This document shows, in pieces, positions 35,421 through 48,500 of a stretch of DNA of 64,000 bases; position 1 is the stretch's first letter; every line of letters begins with the position of its first letter. The DNA is from a virus (taxonomy: Duplodnaviria > Caudoviricetes). Location: the IMG/VR virus record IMGVR_UViG_3300030060_005272, positions 313-64,312 of that record, one strand, 5' to 3'. The notes under the pieces were generated by a model. It worked only from the letters and a program-made list of their open reading frames with translations. It made no database searches and was not told where the DNA came from. Made by a program: the position numbers and the translations under genes.

Positions 35421-38400
35421 TTAAGCAACCCTCACCCATAATTTAAGTGTAGATGCGGTCCCCACATAGTTGGTTGTATCTACATATGTATTTATATAAC
35501 TCTTTATATAGTCGTTTGAATAATCTATTGAATAAGTCTTGATAAAGTCTGTCTCAAAGTATCCTGTGAAAGTTCCTTCGTAAGCCTTATTGTAGTCTTG
35601 TGTATAGTCTATATATCCTTCGTAGTTCTTAGCATATTCTGCATCATAGAATTTGGCAAAGTTCTTAGTCCAAGCCTTTTCAAAATTAAGCGTTGCAGAA
35701 AAGTTAATGCTACCAAAGTTACTATTATATACAGCTTCATATTCTTTATCGTAGTCCTTAGCATAGTCTGTTTCATTACTATATGTCTTTTCGTATGCGC
35801 CTTCAAATCCTTGAGAGCGCGTAGCAGTATATGTCTTGACATATGTTATGTCAGCTGCGTACTCTTTTGTATAATCTGCTGTATATGTTTTGACATAAGC
35901 AGAAGTTCTCGACCCCTCATATGTATGAATAGATGAGTATGTTTTAGTATACACACCTAAGTATTCTTTAGCAAAATCTTTTTCAAAGTCTTTTTGGAAG
36001 TTTTGAACCTTGGCCCATTCGTTAACATATTCTTTATTATACATCCGACCCCAGCTCTTAGTAAACAGTTTATTGTAATTAATAAAGCCAGAAAATGTTC
36101 TTGTTACTTGTCCAACGTAGTCTTTGAGGTAGTTTGAAATAAATTGTCCAGTGTAATTGATGAAACCAGTATAATTGCCTTCATAATCCCGTGACCATAC
36201 CTTGGTATAGTCTTTGAGGTATGTTGCGGAGTAGTTGCGAGTATATGCTTTCTCCCAAATTTTTGTCCATATTCTTTCATAAGTTTTTGCGTAGGACTTC
36301 TCGTATGCTTTCTCATAAGCCTTTACCCAATCTTTAAGATATCTTCCAACGTAGTTTTTAACATAGTCTTTTTCATAATCAGTCTCATATGTTTTAGTCC
36401 ATAGCTTAGTGTAAGTCTTGGTGTATACTTTATTCCAATCCTTAGTGTATGTCTTAACCCAATTCTTTGTATAAGTTTTTACCCAGTCAGCATCAAATGA
36501 ACCTTCGTAGTCTTTGACATAGTTCTTCTCATATTGTGTTACCCAGTTCTTTGTGTAAGCTGCTTCATAGTCTTTCTCATAACTAGCTTCATAAGCCTTG
36601 ACCCAGTTCTTTGCATACTGTGCAACATATGCAGCATCGAAAGATCCTTCATACTCTTTATCATAATCCTTAGCCCACAACTTAGCATAGTCTTTTAGAT
36701 AATCTTTATTCCATATCTTAGTGTAGGTTGCATCAAAGGAACCTTCATATGCTTTAACATAGTCCTTGTCATATGTCTTAACCCAGTTCTTTTGATATAC
36801 TGCAACATAATCAATGTTCCAGTCTTTAGACCAATCTTTGTTGTATACTTTATCATAGTTTTTAGTATAAGTCTTTACATAGTTTTTAGTATAAGCTGCT
36901 TCATATGCTTTGTTCCAATCCTTATTGTAAACACCAACATATGCTTTAGTATAAGTTTTGACCCAAGACTTTTCATATATCTTATCATATGCCTTTACAT
37001 AATCTGCATCGTAGTTCTTTATCCAGTTCTTGGTATATGCTTTGTTCCAATCTTTTGTATATGTTTTCGTCCATATCTTTGTATAGTTGGCACCAAAGCT
37101 ACCTTCCCAAACTTTTGTATAGTTTGTAGTTTGAGATCCAGAAGCAAAACCTCCATAGAACACAGGCCCAACATATATTTTAGTATACTCACCTAACCAG
37201 GCCTTAGCATAAACTTTATCGTAGTCTTTGTTGTAGTCTGTTGTATACGTCTTGTCATAATCTGTGACGTAGTCTTTTGACCAGATCTTAGTGTAAGTCT
37301 TGTTCCATATTTTTGTATATGCAGCTACATAATCTTTATCGTAGTTTTCATTAAACGAACCTTCATATGCAGCATCATATGTCTTGACCCAATCCTTATT
37401 CCATATCTTTACGTAATCTTTTTCCCAGTCCTTGGCCCAGATCTTTGTGTATGCTGCATCATAGATTTTTGTGTACGTTTGTGACCAGATGCGATCGTAG
37501 TCCTTAACATAATCTTTGTCATAAGACTTGACATAATTTTTTTCATACTCACCAACCCATTGTTTTGCGTAGTCTGCATCATATGATTTTACCCAATTCT
37601 TTACATATATTTTTTCATAGTCTTTTGACCAGTCTTTAGTATAGATACCTAACCATACTTTGTTCCATGGAATCTCATAACCTTTGACATAGTCTTTGTT
37701 CCATACCTTTAGATATGATTTTACCCAGTTATGAGTGTAGTCTGTAACCCAATCTTTCTCATATGCTTTGACATAATCTTTGCTGTACACACCAACATAT
37801 GCCTTGACATAAGTTTTTTCGTAGTTAGTGATATAGTCTTTATTGTAATCAGTAGTATATGTCTTGCCATAATCTTTTAGATAGTCAGCAGAATAATCTT
37901 TGTTCCAAACTTTGGTATAAGCCTTGACCCAGTTTTTGACCCAGTCTTTATCGTATGCGGCTTCATAGTCTTTCTCGTAAGCCTTGACCCAGTCTTCCAA
38001 CCAACTCTTTTCATATAACTTTTCATACTGAACAGTATATTGCTTTACCCAATCTTTTGTCCAAAGTTTTGCATAAGCCTTTTGATAGTTGACTGTATAG
38101 TTTTTAGTCCATTCAGATTGGAATACACCAGGACCAGAAAACTCAACTGTCCATGCTCTACCATAATCTTTTGTATATGTTCTATTGAATGTACCAGAAT
38201 AGTTTGCAGCAGCTGAGAATGAAGCTGCATAATCATTTCCAAAATCTTTTACGTATGCTTTAACATATGTTGCAGCTGAAGTTATTTCACCTTCGTAGAA
38301 AGCAGAGAAAGATGCATTGTAGTTTACAACTCTCTCACCTTCATAGTTAACTTCAAAGTTTTCAGTCTTTTGATATTCACCAGTATAAGTCTTAGTATAA

Positions 38401-39512
38401 GTTTTATTCCAGTCTCTTGCATACTCTGCTAGATAGTTTCTTTCACCAACATATCCTTTGAGATAATCTTTATGAAAGTTTCCTGTGAATGTTTGATCAT
38501 ACTCTTTTGCATATAGTATAAAGCCAGTGTATGCTTTACTGTAAGACTTGATCCAATCTTTTGCAAAGTCACCTTCAAATGTTCTATTGAAGTTTACTAC
38601 ACCTTGATACACACCAATAAAGTCTTTACTGTACGTCTTAGTCCAAACTGTAGTGTATAACTTCTCATAGTTTATTGCACTGGTATATGCTTTTTGATAA
38701 TCTTTTTCATATGTACCAACAAACTGTCCAACAAATGTTCCAGTGTATGTTTTGAGATAATTTTTAGCAAATGCTTTAGTATATGTTTTTAAGTATTCCC
38801 TTGAATAGGAATCACTATCAGAATCAATGATCTTTGTATCAAGTATAGTTCCTTGGTCAACCCATGTACCAGTAGATGGTGCAGCTGCTTGAATAGCATA
38901 CTTACCAATTCCTGTATCAATAATTCTATTTCTTAGTCTTGCTGTGAGAGTTTTGATCTCTGTATTAGTCATCTGTTTTATTGTGCTACCAGTAACCTTC
39001 ATTGGTATAACTTGAGCTGGTGCAGTTGCAACAGATGTTTTTCTGTATAGATTATAACTTGTAGAAGTACTCGTTGTGTTATCAGTTAGCGCTGGTGTTA
39101 TAGCAGCGTATCTATTTGAGTCAGGATTTGTTGTTGACAGGACATAAGACCCAATTCCGTTAGACACAAGATTAGAAAGAGCAGTGCTAATGATAAACGA
39201 ATTAATATTTGCATCAGATGCCTCTTGTATAGTTGAACCGAACTCCACGGGGCGGATCATACTTGATTCTGACACGGATGTTAAATTTTGATAAACTGTA
39301 GTTGTGGAACTTGTTGATGAATTGGTATCTGTAAATGTACCAATACTTGTTCCAGTATCTGTTCCAACAGATAGAGTTCCAGTACCAGAAGTACTAGATG
39401 CAAACTCTGTAAGAACTTGATGGACTATGTGGGTTATTTCTGTATCTGGAATCTCTTGTAGAGCTATCCATGTTCCACCTCCAGAGGTTTTGATTTTAAG
39501 GGGCCGTCCCAT
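35421..39512 (-). CDS. 1363-aa [Y/W]-x-K-x tetrapeptide-repeat protein, putative virion fibre
   Basis: Thr/Ser-rich N-terminal domain (about residues 1-235), a ~1100-aa repeat tract and a short C-terminal strand TLKLWVRVA; lies in the virion module. Confidence 0.8.
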   Translation of the reverse strand: MGRPLKIKTSGGGTWIALQEIPDTEITHIVHQVLTEFASSTSGTGTLSVGTDTGTSIGTFTDTNSSTSSTTTVYQNLTSVSESSMIRPVEFGSTIQEASDANINSFIISTALSNLVSNGIGSYVLSTTNPDSNRYAAITPALTDNTTSTSTSYNLYRKTSVATAPAQVIPMKVTGSTIKQMTNTEIKTLTARLRNRIIDTGIGKYAIQAAAPSTGTWVDQGTILDTKIIDSDSDSYSREYLKTYTKAFAKNYLKTYTGTFVGQFVGTYEKDYQKAYTSAINYEKLYTTVWTKTYSKDFIGVYQGVVNFNRTFEGDFAKDWIKSYSKAYTGFILYAKEYDQTFTGNFHKDYLKGYVGERNYLAEYARDWNKTYTKTYTGEYQKTENFEVNYEGERVVNYNASFSAFYEGEITSAATYVKAYVKDFGNDYAASFSAAANYSGTFNRTYTKDYGRAWTVEFSGPGVFQSEWTKNYTVNYQKAYAKLWTKDWVKQYTVQYEKLYEKSWLEDWVKAYEKDYEAAYDKDWVKNWVKAYTKVWNKDYSADYLKDYGKTYTTDYNKDYITNYEKTYVKAYVGVYSKDYVKAYEKDWVTDYTHNWVKSYLKVWNKDYVKGYEIPWNKVWLGIYTKDWSKDYEKIYVKNWVKSYDADYAKQWVGEYEKNYVKSYDKDYVKDYDRIWSQTYTKIYDAAYTKIWAKDWEKDYVKIWNKDWVKTYDAAYEGSFNENYDKDYVAAYTKIWNKTYTKIWSKDYVTDYDKTYTTDYNKDYDKVYAKAWLGEYTKIYVGPVFYGGFASGSQTTNYTKVWEGSFGANYTKIWTKTYTKDWNKAYTKNWIKNYDADYVKAYDKIYEKSWVKTYTKAYVGVYNKDWNKAYEAAYTKNYVKTYTKNYDKVYNKDWSKDWNIDYVAVYQKNWVKTYDKDYVKAYEGSFDATYTKIWNKDYLKDYAKLWAKDYDKEYEGSFDAAYVAQYAKNWVKAYEASYEKDYEAAYTKNWVTQYEKNYVKDYEGSFDADWVKTYTKNWVKTYTKDWNKVYTKTYTKLWTKTYETDYEKDYVKNYVGRYLKDWVKAYEKAYEKSYAKTYERIWTKIWEKAYTRNYSATYLKDYTKVWSRDYEGNYTGFINYTGQFISNYLKDYVGQVTRTFSGFINYNKLFTKSWGRMYNKEYVNEWAKVQNFQKDFEKDFAKEYLGVYTKTYSSIHTYEGSRTSAYVKTYTADYTKEYAADITYVKTYTATRSQGFEGAYEKTYSNETDYAKDYDKEYEAVYNSNFGSINFSATLNFEKAWTKNFAKFYDAEYAKNYEGYIDYTQDYNKAYEGTFTGYFETDFIKTYSIDYSNDYIKSYINTYVDTTNYVGTASTLKLWVRVA
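35484..38807 (-). repeat. Degenerate 12-bp-periodic coding repeat ([Y/W]-x-K-x)n
   Basis: Residues 236-1343 of the 1363-aa ORF, e.g. YTKIWNKDYVKDYEKNW. Confidence 0.9.
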
Positions 39513-39518
39513 GACACC

Positions 39519-42500
39519 TTAACCTTGGAACATGTAGTTGGGGTCACCTAAAATATTACCCTGGTAGATCATGTTTACATAATCAGAGTCATAACCTTTA
39601 ATGGCTGCACCAGGTTTACCACCATCACCAGATCTTGCAAGTCTTGATTTCCTCAAGAATCTTTCACCACCACCGGTACCAACATTACCTAAGTCTCCAC
39701 CTTTACCACCAATGGCTCTTGAGTTACCATATTCCCAATCAGGAACACCACGGCTACCACCATTGATTAGATTACCTTCTTGTGGTAGGAATAACATATG
39801 ACTGTGATCAGCTTCAGTAGTACCTTCTTCACCAATGTTCCAACCAGCTCCACCAGAACCAGCTACACCAGTTGTCTCTGCAAATCCAAGATATGAAATG
39901 TTCACTTCTCTTGAATATGCTGTATCTTCAAATGTCTTAACATAGTCTTTTGTCCAAGACTTAGTATAGTCACCAGTATAAGTCTTCTCATAATCTTTAG
40001 TAAAGATACCTGTGTAAGTCTTGATCCAGTTCTTCTCATAACCTTTAACATATGCTTTGTTGTATGTTGTTGTTTGTGAGCCAGAAGCAAAACCACCGTA
40101 GAAGACAGGTCCAACATATGCCTTAGCATAATCTTTATTGTATATTACTAGATAGTCTTGGTTGAATGTACCTTCATATGCTTTTTGATATGCTTTTGTA
40201 TATACACCTTGATACAATTGATCATAGTTCTTGGTATATGTTTTGAGATATGTACCAATGAATGAACCTTTGGTGTTGTATACTCTAACAAATGTATCTG
40301 TGTACTCTTTGAGGAATGCACCATACACACCACCAGGTCTGCTATAGTTACCAAGATATTCTTTTATCCAAGTTGTAGCATAGTCTGCTGTGTAGTCTTT
40401 ATTGTACTCTGCCTCATAAGCCTTAACCCAATCTTTTGAATATGTCTTAACATATGTTGCAGTGTATGTTCCTGTGTACGATGCTTCATATTCTGCAGTG
40501 TAGTCTCTATCGTATGAGCCACCAAAGTCTTTCTGATATTGTTTTGTAAAGTCAGCAAGATATGTTGCAGAGTATTCACCAATGTATGTGGTAGAACCAA
40601 AACCCTTAGTCCATATTTTTGACCATGCTTTTTCATACTCTTTGTCATATGATCCTTCGTATTCTGCATCGTATGATCTTGAGAATGTTGCAGTGTATGA
40701 TCCAACATAATCTGCATCATATGCTTTAACATAGTCTTTTGTATATATTTTTGTATACGCTTTAGTGTAATCTTTATCATATGCTTTTGTATATGCTTTC
40801 GTCCACTCTTTAGCGTAATCAGCTGAATAGTCTTTAGTATACGTTTTGGTGTATGCTTTTGTAAATGCACCAGTGTAATCTTTTACATAATCCTTCTCAT
40901 ATGACTTAGTCCAATCACTTGAGTATGTCTTCTCATAACTCTTAGTGTATGCTTTTGTATATGTTGCAGCAGAGCTGTTCCATAACTTAGCATAGTCTTT
41001 GGAATAATCCTTATCGTAGTTCTTAGTATAGTCGCCAACATATACACGATCGTAGTTCTTAACATAACTCTTAGAGAAAGTTCCTTCGTAGTCTTTTTCA
41101 TAATCTTTGTTGTAATCTTTGGACCATGCTTTTGTATATGCAGCTTCATATGCTTTTTCATAATCTTTTTCATATGACTTGGTGTATGCTTTTTCCCAAT
41201 CAGTTGAGTAATCAACAGAGTATGCTTTTTCCCAACTCTTAGTATATGTTGCACCATCATAAGTAGGTCCTACATATGCATCGTCTGCACTCTCGTATGT
41301 CTTAGTATAGATACCAATGTATGTCTTAACATATGTTGCAAGATAATCTGCTTCATATTCTTTATCATATGCTCCACCCCACTCATCAACATAACTTCCT
41401 TGCCATACTTTGTCATATGCTTTTTGATATGTCTTTTCATATATGCCACCATATATTGTACCATCATATGTTTTGGTATATGTCTTAGTCCAATCTTTAG
41501 CAAATGCAGCACCATCATATGCTTTGTTGTAATCTTTTTCGTATACTTTAGTATATGTTTTTTCCCAAGCCTTGGTGTATGCTTTAGTCCATATCTTAGT
41601 ATATGTTTTGGAGTATGCTTTTGCGTATGATCCAACTGATGTAATAAATCCAGCAGACTCAAATCCACCATACGTACGACCAAATCTTACATTTGTATAT
41701 TCTTTTGCATAAAGAGCAACACCAGAGTCTGGAAGATAAGTCTTCATAAAGTTTGTTGGTGTCATTGCATCTTGCTGACCACCATGGAAAGATCCAGCCC
41801 AGTTTGAAGCCCAATCTTCTACCCAAGCCTTCTCCCAGTTAACTGTATAGTTAGCAGCAGATGAATCCCAAGCCTTAGCATATACCTTATCGTATGCTTT
41901 AGTATATGGAGATGCATATAGTTTAGTATAATCAACATCATAGTTCTCTGCTTGTGAGAATGATCCAAGCTCACCTCTTGATCCTGGTACTCCTGCAGTG
42001 TAAGCTGTCTGGCCAGTAAATCCAGAAACATATTCTTTGTTAAAGTCTTTAATGAAGCTAACTTCACCATCTCCATATGCTCTAGCAGATGTGAATTGTC
42101 CAGCTGCTCCAGTATAAGATGCTACGTCTTCATCAATCCAATACAATTGTCCAGTGTATGCTTTCTGGTATGCTTCAGTATAACTTGCATCGTATTGTTT
42201 ATTATATACTTTTTGGTAGTTTTTGAGATAGTCTTTCTCGTATGCGCCTTGCCAGATCTTAGTATATGTCTTGGACCAAATCTTAGTCCAGTTTGCATCA
42301 AAAGATCCTTCATATGCTTTTGCCCATACCTTAGCATAATCTTTTAGATAGTTACCAGTCCATACTTTAGTATAGTCTTTGGAATAAGCCTTGACCCAGT
42401 CTTTATTATATACTCCAACCCAAGCCTTTGCATAGTCTTTATTATAATCTTTAGTGTATGCTCCAACATACTCTTTATTGTATACCTTTTCCCAAGATTT

Positions 42501-45500
42501 AGTATAGTCAGCACTGAAATCTGTAGACCACACTTTAGTGTAGTCACCGGTGTATACAACCTCATATCCTTTGGCGTAATCTTTTGAGAAGATTCTTAGA
42601 TAGTCTGTACCGCCACCATTGAATGCTGCTTCAAAGTCTCTTGCATATCCTTTAGACCATACTTTTGTATACTCTCCTTGATATACTGTGCTGAAGTCTT
42701 TGGCCCATACTTTTGTGTAAACTTTATCATAGTTTTTAGTATATGTTTTGGTATAGTTACCTTCCCAGATCTTAGTATATGTCTTAGTATAGGTTGCATC
42801 AAATGAACCTTCATATGCTTTGGTATATGTCTTCTCCCAATCCTTAGCATATATTTTAGTGTAGTCTGCTGCATACTCTTTAACGTATACTTTTTCCCAA
42901 TCTTTATTGTATACACCAACATATGCTTTAGTATAGTCTGTAGAATAATCTTTGACATAGTCTGTTGAGTAGTCGCCAACATATACTTTAACGTAATTCT
43001 TGACCCAGTCTTTTGTATATGCTTTACTCCATGTAGCACCATATTCAGTAAGTACTCCAGAACCATGATATGTGTCACCAAGATATGTGGTTGTGTATAC
43101 ACCAGATTCTTTACTGTATGGATCAGAGATACCAGATGCACCTCCACCACCACCGCCACCACCAATGGTACCATAGTTCTCTATAAACAGATGTACGTTA
43201 GCTCCAGACTCAATAGCATGTCCACCATCACTACCATGACTACCTAGACCTCTTGTACTTCCATTTGCATCGCCACCATCTCCACCTTTACCTACAATGA
43301 ATCCAGTTGTGTAATTTACAATTCGTACAAGGTGTTTGATCTCTGCTTGTGTATCTCCTGAAACATTAGCTGTAACAGAATCCATATTCAAGTTTACAGC
43401 AGGAATATTATTTGCTGTAGAACCAAATACAAAGTTCTTAGTATAGTCATCTTTTACACCAACAAATATGTTCACTAATTGTGGAACAGTATCTGGTGTC
43501 TTACCTTTAGCTTCAAGATATGATTTTAAGTTGAAGTCATTTACATAGTAAGTGATCTTGCCCATATGAAGATCGTGACCTCGAGCTGAACCTGCATCAC
43601 TATCGCTAGTAAGAACTTCACCTTCATCTAAGAAGATATCAGTTGTATCGTAACCAATGTATGCTAGCTTCCATGTATCATCTTGCTTAGTATTTAAGTA
43701 CTTGACTTTCTTCCACTGACCAGATGCATGTACAAACAATTGCTTGACATTCTTCCAAGTATTGTCTTGCATGATATGAAGTTTAGGTTGACCAGCCAGG
43801 TTAGAATCAAGCTGACCACCAGAAGGACCTACGAAACTTGTTGTACCTTCGTAAGGAACATTCCTTGTTAGTGCACCAGTATATCTTTGTGTGAAGTCAC
43901 TATCACCAGTATATGATGGTGCAAAGCTGGCTATGTATGGACCTTCCCAAGTCTTAGTATAGTTAACAGGACCAGAATAATCAGTTGTTCCAGCATATGC
44001 TTTTAGATAGGCTGCTGCACCTCCATACGATCCGGTATAGTTAGCAACATACTCTTTTGCATAATCTTTAAGGTAACCTTTTGTCCAAGCCTTAGTATAG
44101 ACTTTATCATAGTCTTTGTCGTATGTTTTCTCGTAATCTTTGTTCCAACCTTTAGTATAGTCTGCAGCATAATCTGCTGACCATATCTTAGTATAGGTAT
44201 CACCAGACCCATCAACATAAGCCTTGGTCCAATCTTTAGTCCATACTTTGGTGTATACTTTATCATAGTTCTTGACATATGCTTTAGTATATGTCTTAGT
44301 CCAAACTTTTGTATAGTCTGCTGAGTAATCTTTTTCATACTCTTTTTCATAATTGTGACTATAGTTACCAGTCCAAGTTTTAGCATACTCAGTACCCCAA
44401 GCCTTACCATAAAATCTTAGGCCAGTATAGTTCTTGGTGTAGTGTATATTACCTTCCCAGTTCTTAGCACCGAGATAGTATTTGATGAATGTTGCAAAGA
44501 TACCTTCATAGGCTTTGGTGTAAGTACCTTGATACTCTTGAGTGTAGTCAGTCTCGTAATCTTTGACCCAGTTTTTAGTATACGTTTTGACATAGTCTTT
44601 TAAGTAGTCTTTGTCATAGTTCTTAGTATACTCACCCTGCCATAATTTGAGATAGTCTCTTGTATAGTGAGCTTCATATAATTTTGAATATGTCTTGCCG
44701 TAATCAACTGAGTAATCTGTTTCGTAATTTTTAACCCAGTTCTTAGTATACGTCTTAACATATACTTTGTTCCAGTCTTTGGTATAAGTCTTGACCCAGT
44801 TTTTATCGTAACTCTTAACCCAAGCTCTATCCCAAATCTTGGTGTACGCAGCTTCATAGTCTTTAGCCCACAGCTTTGTATAAACTTTATCGTAGTCTTT
44901 GACCCAATCTTTATTGTAGACTGCATCCCAGTTTTTGTCATAAGCAGCTACATAATCTTTCTCATATGCTTTGATCCAGTCTTTATCATACTGCTTTTCA
45001 TATTCAGTATCATAATTCTTGACCCAGTTCTTAGTCCATACCTTAGTATAGTCTTTTTCATATGTTTCAATATACTCTTTGTTCCAATCTGTTTCATAGA
45101 CCTTATCATAGTCTTTAGAGTATGCCTTCTCATATGTGGCATCAAAGGAACCTTCATATACTTTATCATAATCTTTAGAATATGCTTTTACCCAATCTTT
45201 GTTGTATGTTGCATCAAAAGAACCTTCGTAATCTTTAACCCAGTTCTTGACCCATTCACCAACCCAAACATTGACGTAATCTTTTACGTAGTCTTTGTTC
45301 CAAATTTTAGTGTAGACTTTATCGTAATCTTTTGTCCATATCTTAGTATACACACCAGTCCAAGTTTTGTCATATGCCTTGACCCAGTCTTTAGTGTATG
45401 TCTTATCGTATCCTTTTACCCAGTTTTTGGTATAGATTTTATCGTATGCTTTTTCATAATCTTTGTTCCAAACTTTAGTATAGTTTGCATCAAAGCTACC

Positions 45501-48500
45501 TTCCCAAACTTTGGTATAGTTTGTTGTCTGTGATCCTGATGCAAAACCACCATAGAAAACTGGACCTACATATATCTTGTCGTAGTTGCCTAACCATACC
45601 TTAGCATAAACTTTATCGTATGTCTTTTCCCAGTTCTTATTCCAGACCTTGGTATAATCTACGACGTAGTCTTTTTCCCATACCTTTGTATATACTTTAT
45701 CATATGCTTTTTCATACGTAGCATTAAACACACCTTCGTATGTCTTGTCATAATCCTTTGCCCAGATCTTAGTATAGTCTGCACTGTATGTTTTAACATA
45801 TGCTTTTTGGAATGATGTCCAATCAGCAGAATTTATTTGTTCTTGAGCTGTCTCGTTATCAGTAACATTGAAGTTACCAGTATACTTACCATTGGTTTTG
45901 TCTATTCTTAGATCATCAATGTAACCACCAATAGATGCATCTAACTGTCTTCTGTTACCAATTACTAATCTATTGGCTCCAGTTAAGTTAGCAGCTGAAG
46001 TATACGTTGCTGCATCAGCTGTACCATTAATGTATACTTTGATTGCGTTGCTTATTCTTACAATTGCAACATGAATCCAAGTATCAGTTGACCAAGGACT
46101 ATTGTCGTCTGCTGTAACTCTAGCTGTTGTTCCTTCGTAGAATATTATCTGACTAGGACTAGATGCATCGTTACCTCTGATAGCCCATTTAACACTATTG
46201 TCAGAAGAATCATATGCTTCCAAGATTGTAGCATTGTTTGTACCAACAGCTCTTAACCAAAACTCAATTGTAAAGTCTTCATTTTGAAAGTTAAAGTCAT
46301 CATCTGCAAAGTTAATTGTTAGACCACTAGATCCGGTACTTGGTACTTCTATAGATGCAGAACCAAATTTATTTTGATCTGTACTCTTAGCAGCATTTCC
46401 ATGTACAGTTGTAACATGGTTACCATTATCAGACGCGTCAATAAACTCTACATCACCATCGGTTGCATTTGGTATTTCAGCATTTAGTAATAGAACTGTC
46501 GTATCAAAGTTATCATATGGAACGTGATAAGATGTGACATAGTCTTTGCTGTATACACCAACCCATGCTTTTTCATATGCCTTGGAATAGTCTTTTTCCC
46601 AATTTCTATCCCAAATTTTTGTATACTCACCAAGCCAAACCTTATCATATGCTTTGACCCAATCTTTGGCCCAGATCTTAGTATATGCAGCAGTGTATGC
46701 TTTGATATAACCTTTGTTGTATGCTTTCGTATAGACTTTATCATAATCTGTTACATAGTCTTTTTCCCAAGTCTTACCATATGCTTTTATGTAAGCCTTG
46801 ACATAATTTTTCTCGTATGCTTTGACCCAGTTTTTCTCATACCTGCCAACCCATATCTTAGTATAAGCAGCATCGTATGTTTTTTGCCATACTTTTGTAT
46901 AGTCTTCAGCATAGTCTTTAGACCAATTTTTAAGATATATTTGATCATAGTTTGCAACATAATCTTTGTTATATGTTGCAACATAGTCTTTTAGATAGTC
47001 AGTGGTATATGTCTTACCATAATCTTTTTCATAATCTGTAACATAATCTTTCTGCCAAATCTTAGTCCAGATTTTTGTATATGTCTTGCCCCAATCTCTT
47101 TCCCAATCTTTGGCATAAGATAGATCGTAGTTCTTAGTCCATATCTTGGTATAGTCGGCACCATAATCTTTTTCGTAAGTAGCATTCCAAACTTTATCGT
47201 AGTCTTTAGCATATGCTTTGACCCAATCTTTGGAATAATCTGCTGCATAATCTGTTAACCAGTTTTTGGTATAGGTTGCATCGAAGCTACCTTCGTAAGA
47301 CTTGACCCAAGCCTTTTCCCAATCTTTTGTATAATCAGCTGTATATGCTTTCTGCCAAACTTTACCGTACGAAGTTGTTTGAGAACCAGAAGCAAATCCT
47401 CCATAGAAGACTGGACCAACATATGCTTTATCGTAATCTTTAACCCAATCTTTGGAATATACTTTGTTGTATAGTTTGATATAATCTTTGTTGTATATGC
47501 CAAGCCATGCTTTGCCATAATCTTCAAGGTAGTCTTTTGTCCAAACCTTTGTATAGATTTTGGTATATGTCTTTTCCCAATCTTTGGAATAGATTTTGGT
47601 ATATGGAACTTCATATGCTTTTGTCCATACTTTAGAATATACCTTATCATAATCTTTGTGATATGATGTACGATATGCAGCAACGTAATCACCAACATAT
47701 AATTTTTCATATCTTTTGGTATAAGTTTTTACATAATTTTTTTCGTAATCTGTGACGTAGTCTTTTGACCAGATCTTAGTATAAATTCTAAAGTAGTTAC
47801 CAATGTAATCTTTTTCATATACACCAACAAATGCAGAACCAAGATATGAGTTATCAGCCAGACCTTCATACGTACCAACATAGTCAGATGTTCCAACATA
47901 GTATACAAGAGTTTGATAATTTGTATCACCAGCATATGTACCTGTATAAGTTAGTCCATCGTAGTTTACGTTACCAAGATAAGACAGGCCACCAGACCAT
48001 ACTCTTGTAAAGTCTGCTACTGTTGTGTATGCTTTTGAATAGTTTTTGTTGAAGTTCTCTTCAGCCATGTATGATGCACGGCCAGTGTATGCTTTGATGT
48101 AATCAGCAGCACCAACATAGTTCTTATTGTAATCTACTGTACCAACATATGTCTTTGTATAGAATTGTGTAGCTTGATATCCTTTAGTGTAGTTCACAAA
48201 CCCTGTGAAACCAGCACCAGTAGAATCAAGATATGTTATTGCACCACCGTAGTCTTTACTGTAAACTATAAAGCTAGTTGCTCCTACCCATGCACCAGCA
48301 GAATAGTCTTTGTCGTAGTTTACATCAACTGTATATGATTTTGTATATGTTGCAGTACCACCATATGCTTTTAAGTAGTCTCTCTGCCACTCAGCTTGGT
48401 ATATTGTGTTACCAACATATGTTTTAGAATATGTTTTAGTATAAGTTGTTGAACCTTCATATGTTTTTGTATATGATGCAAAGCCAACAAATCCACTATA

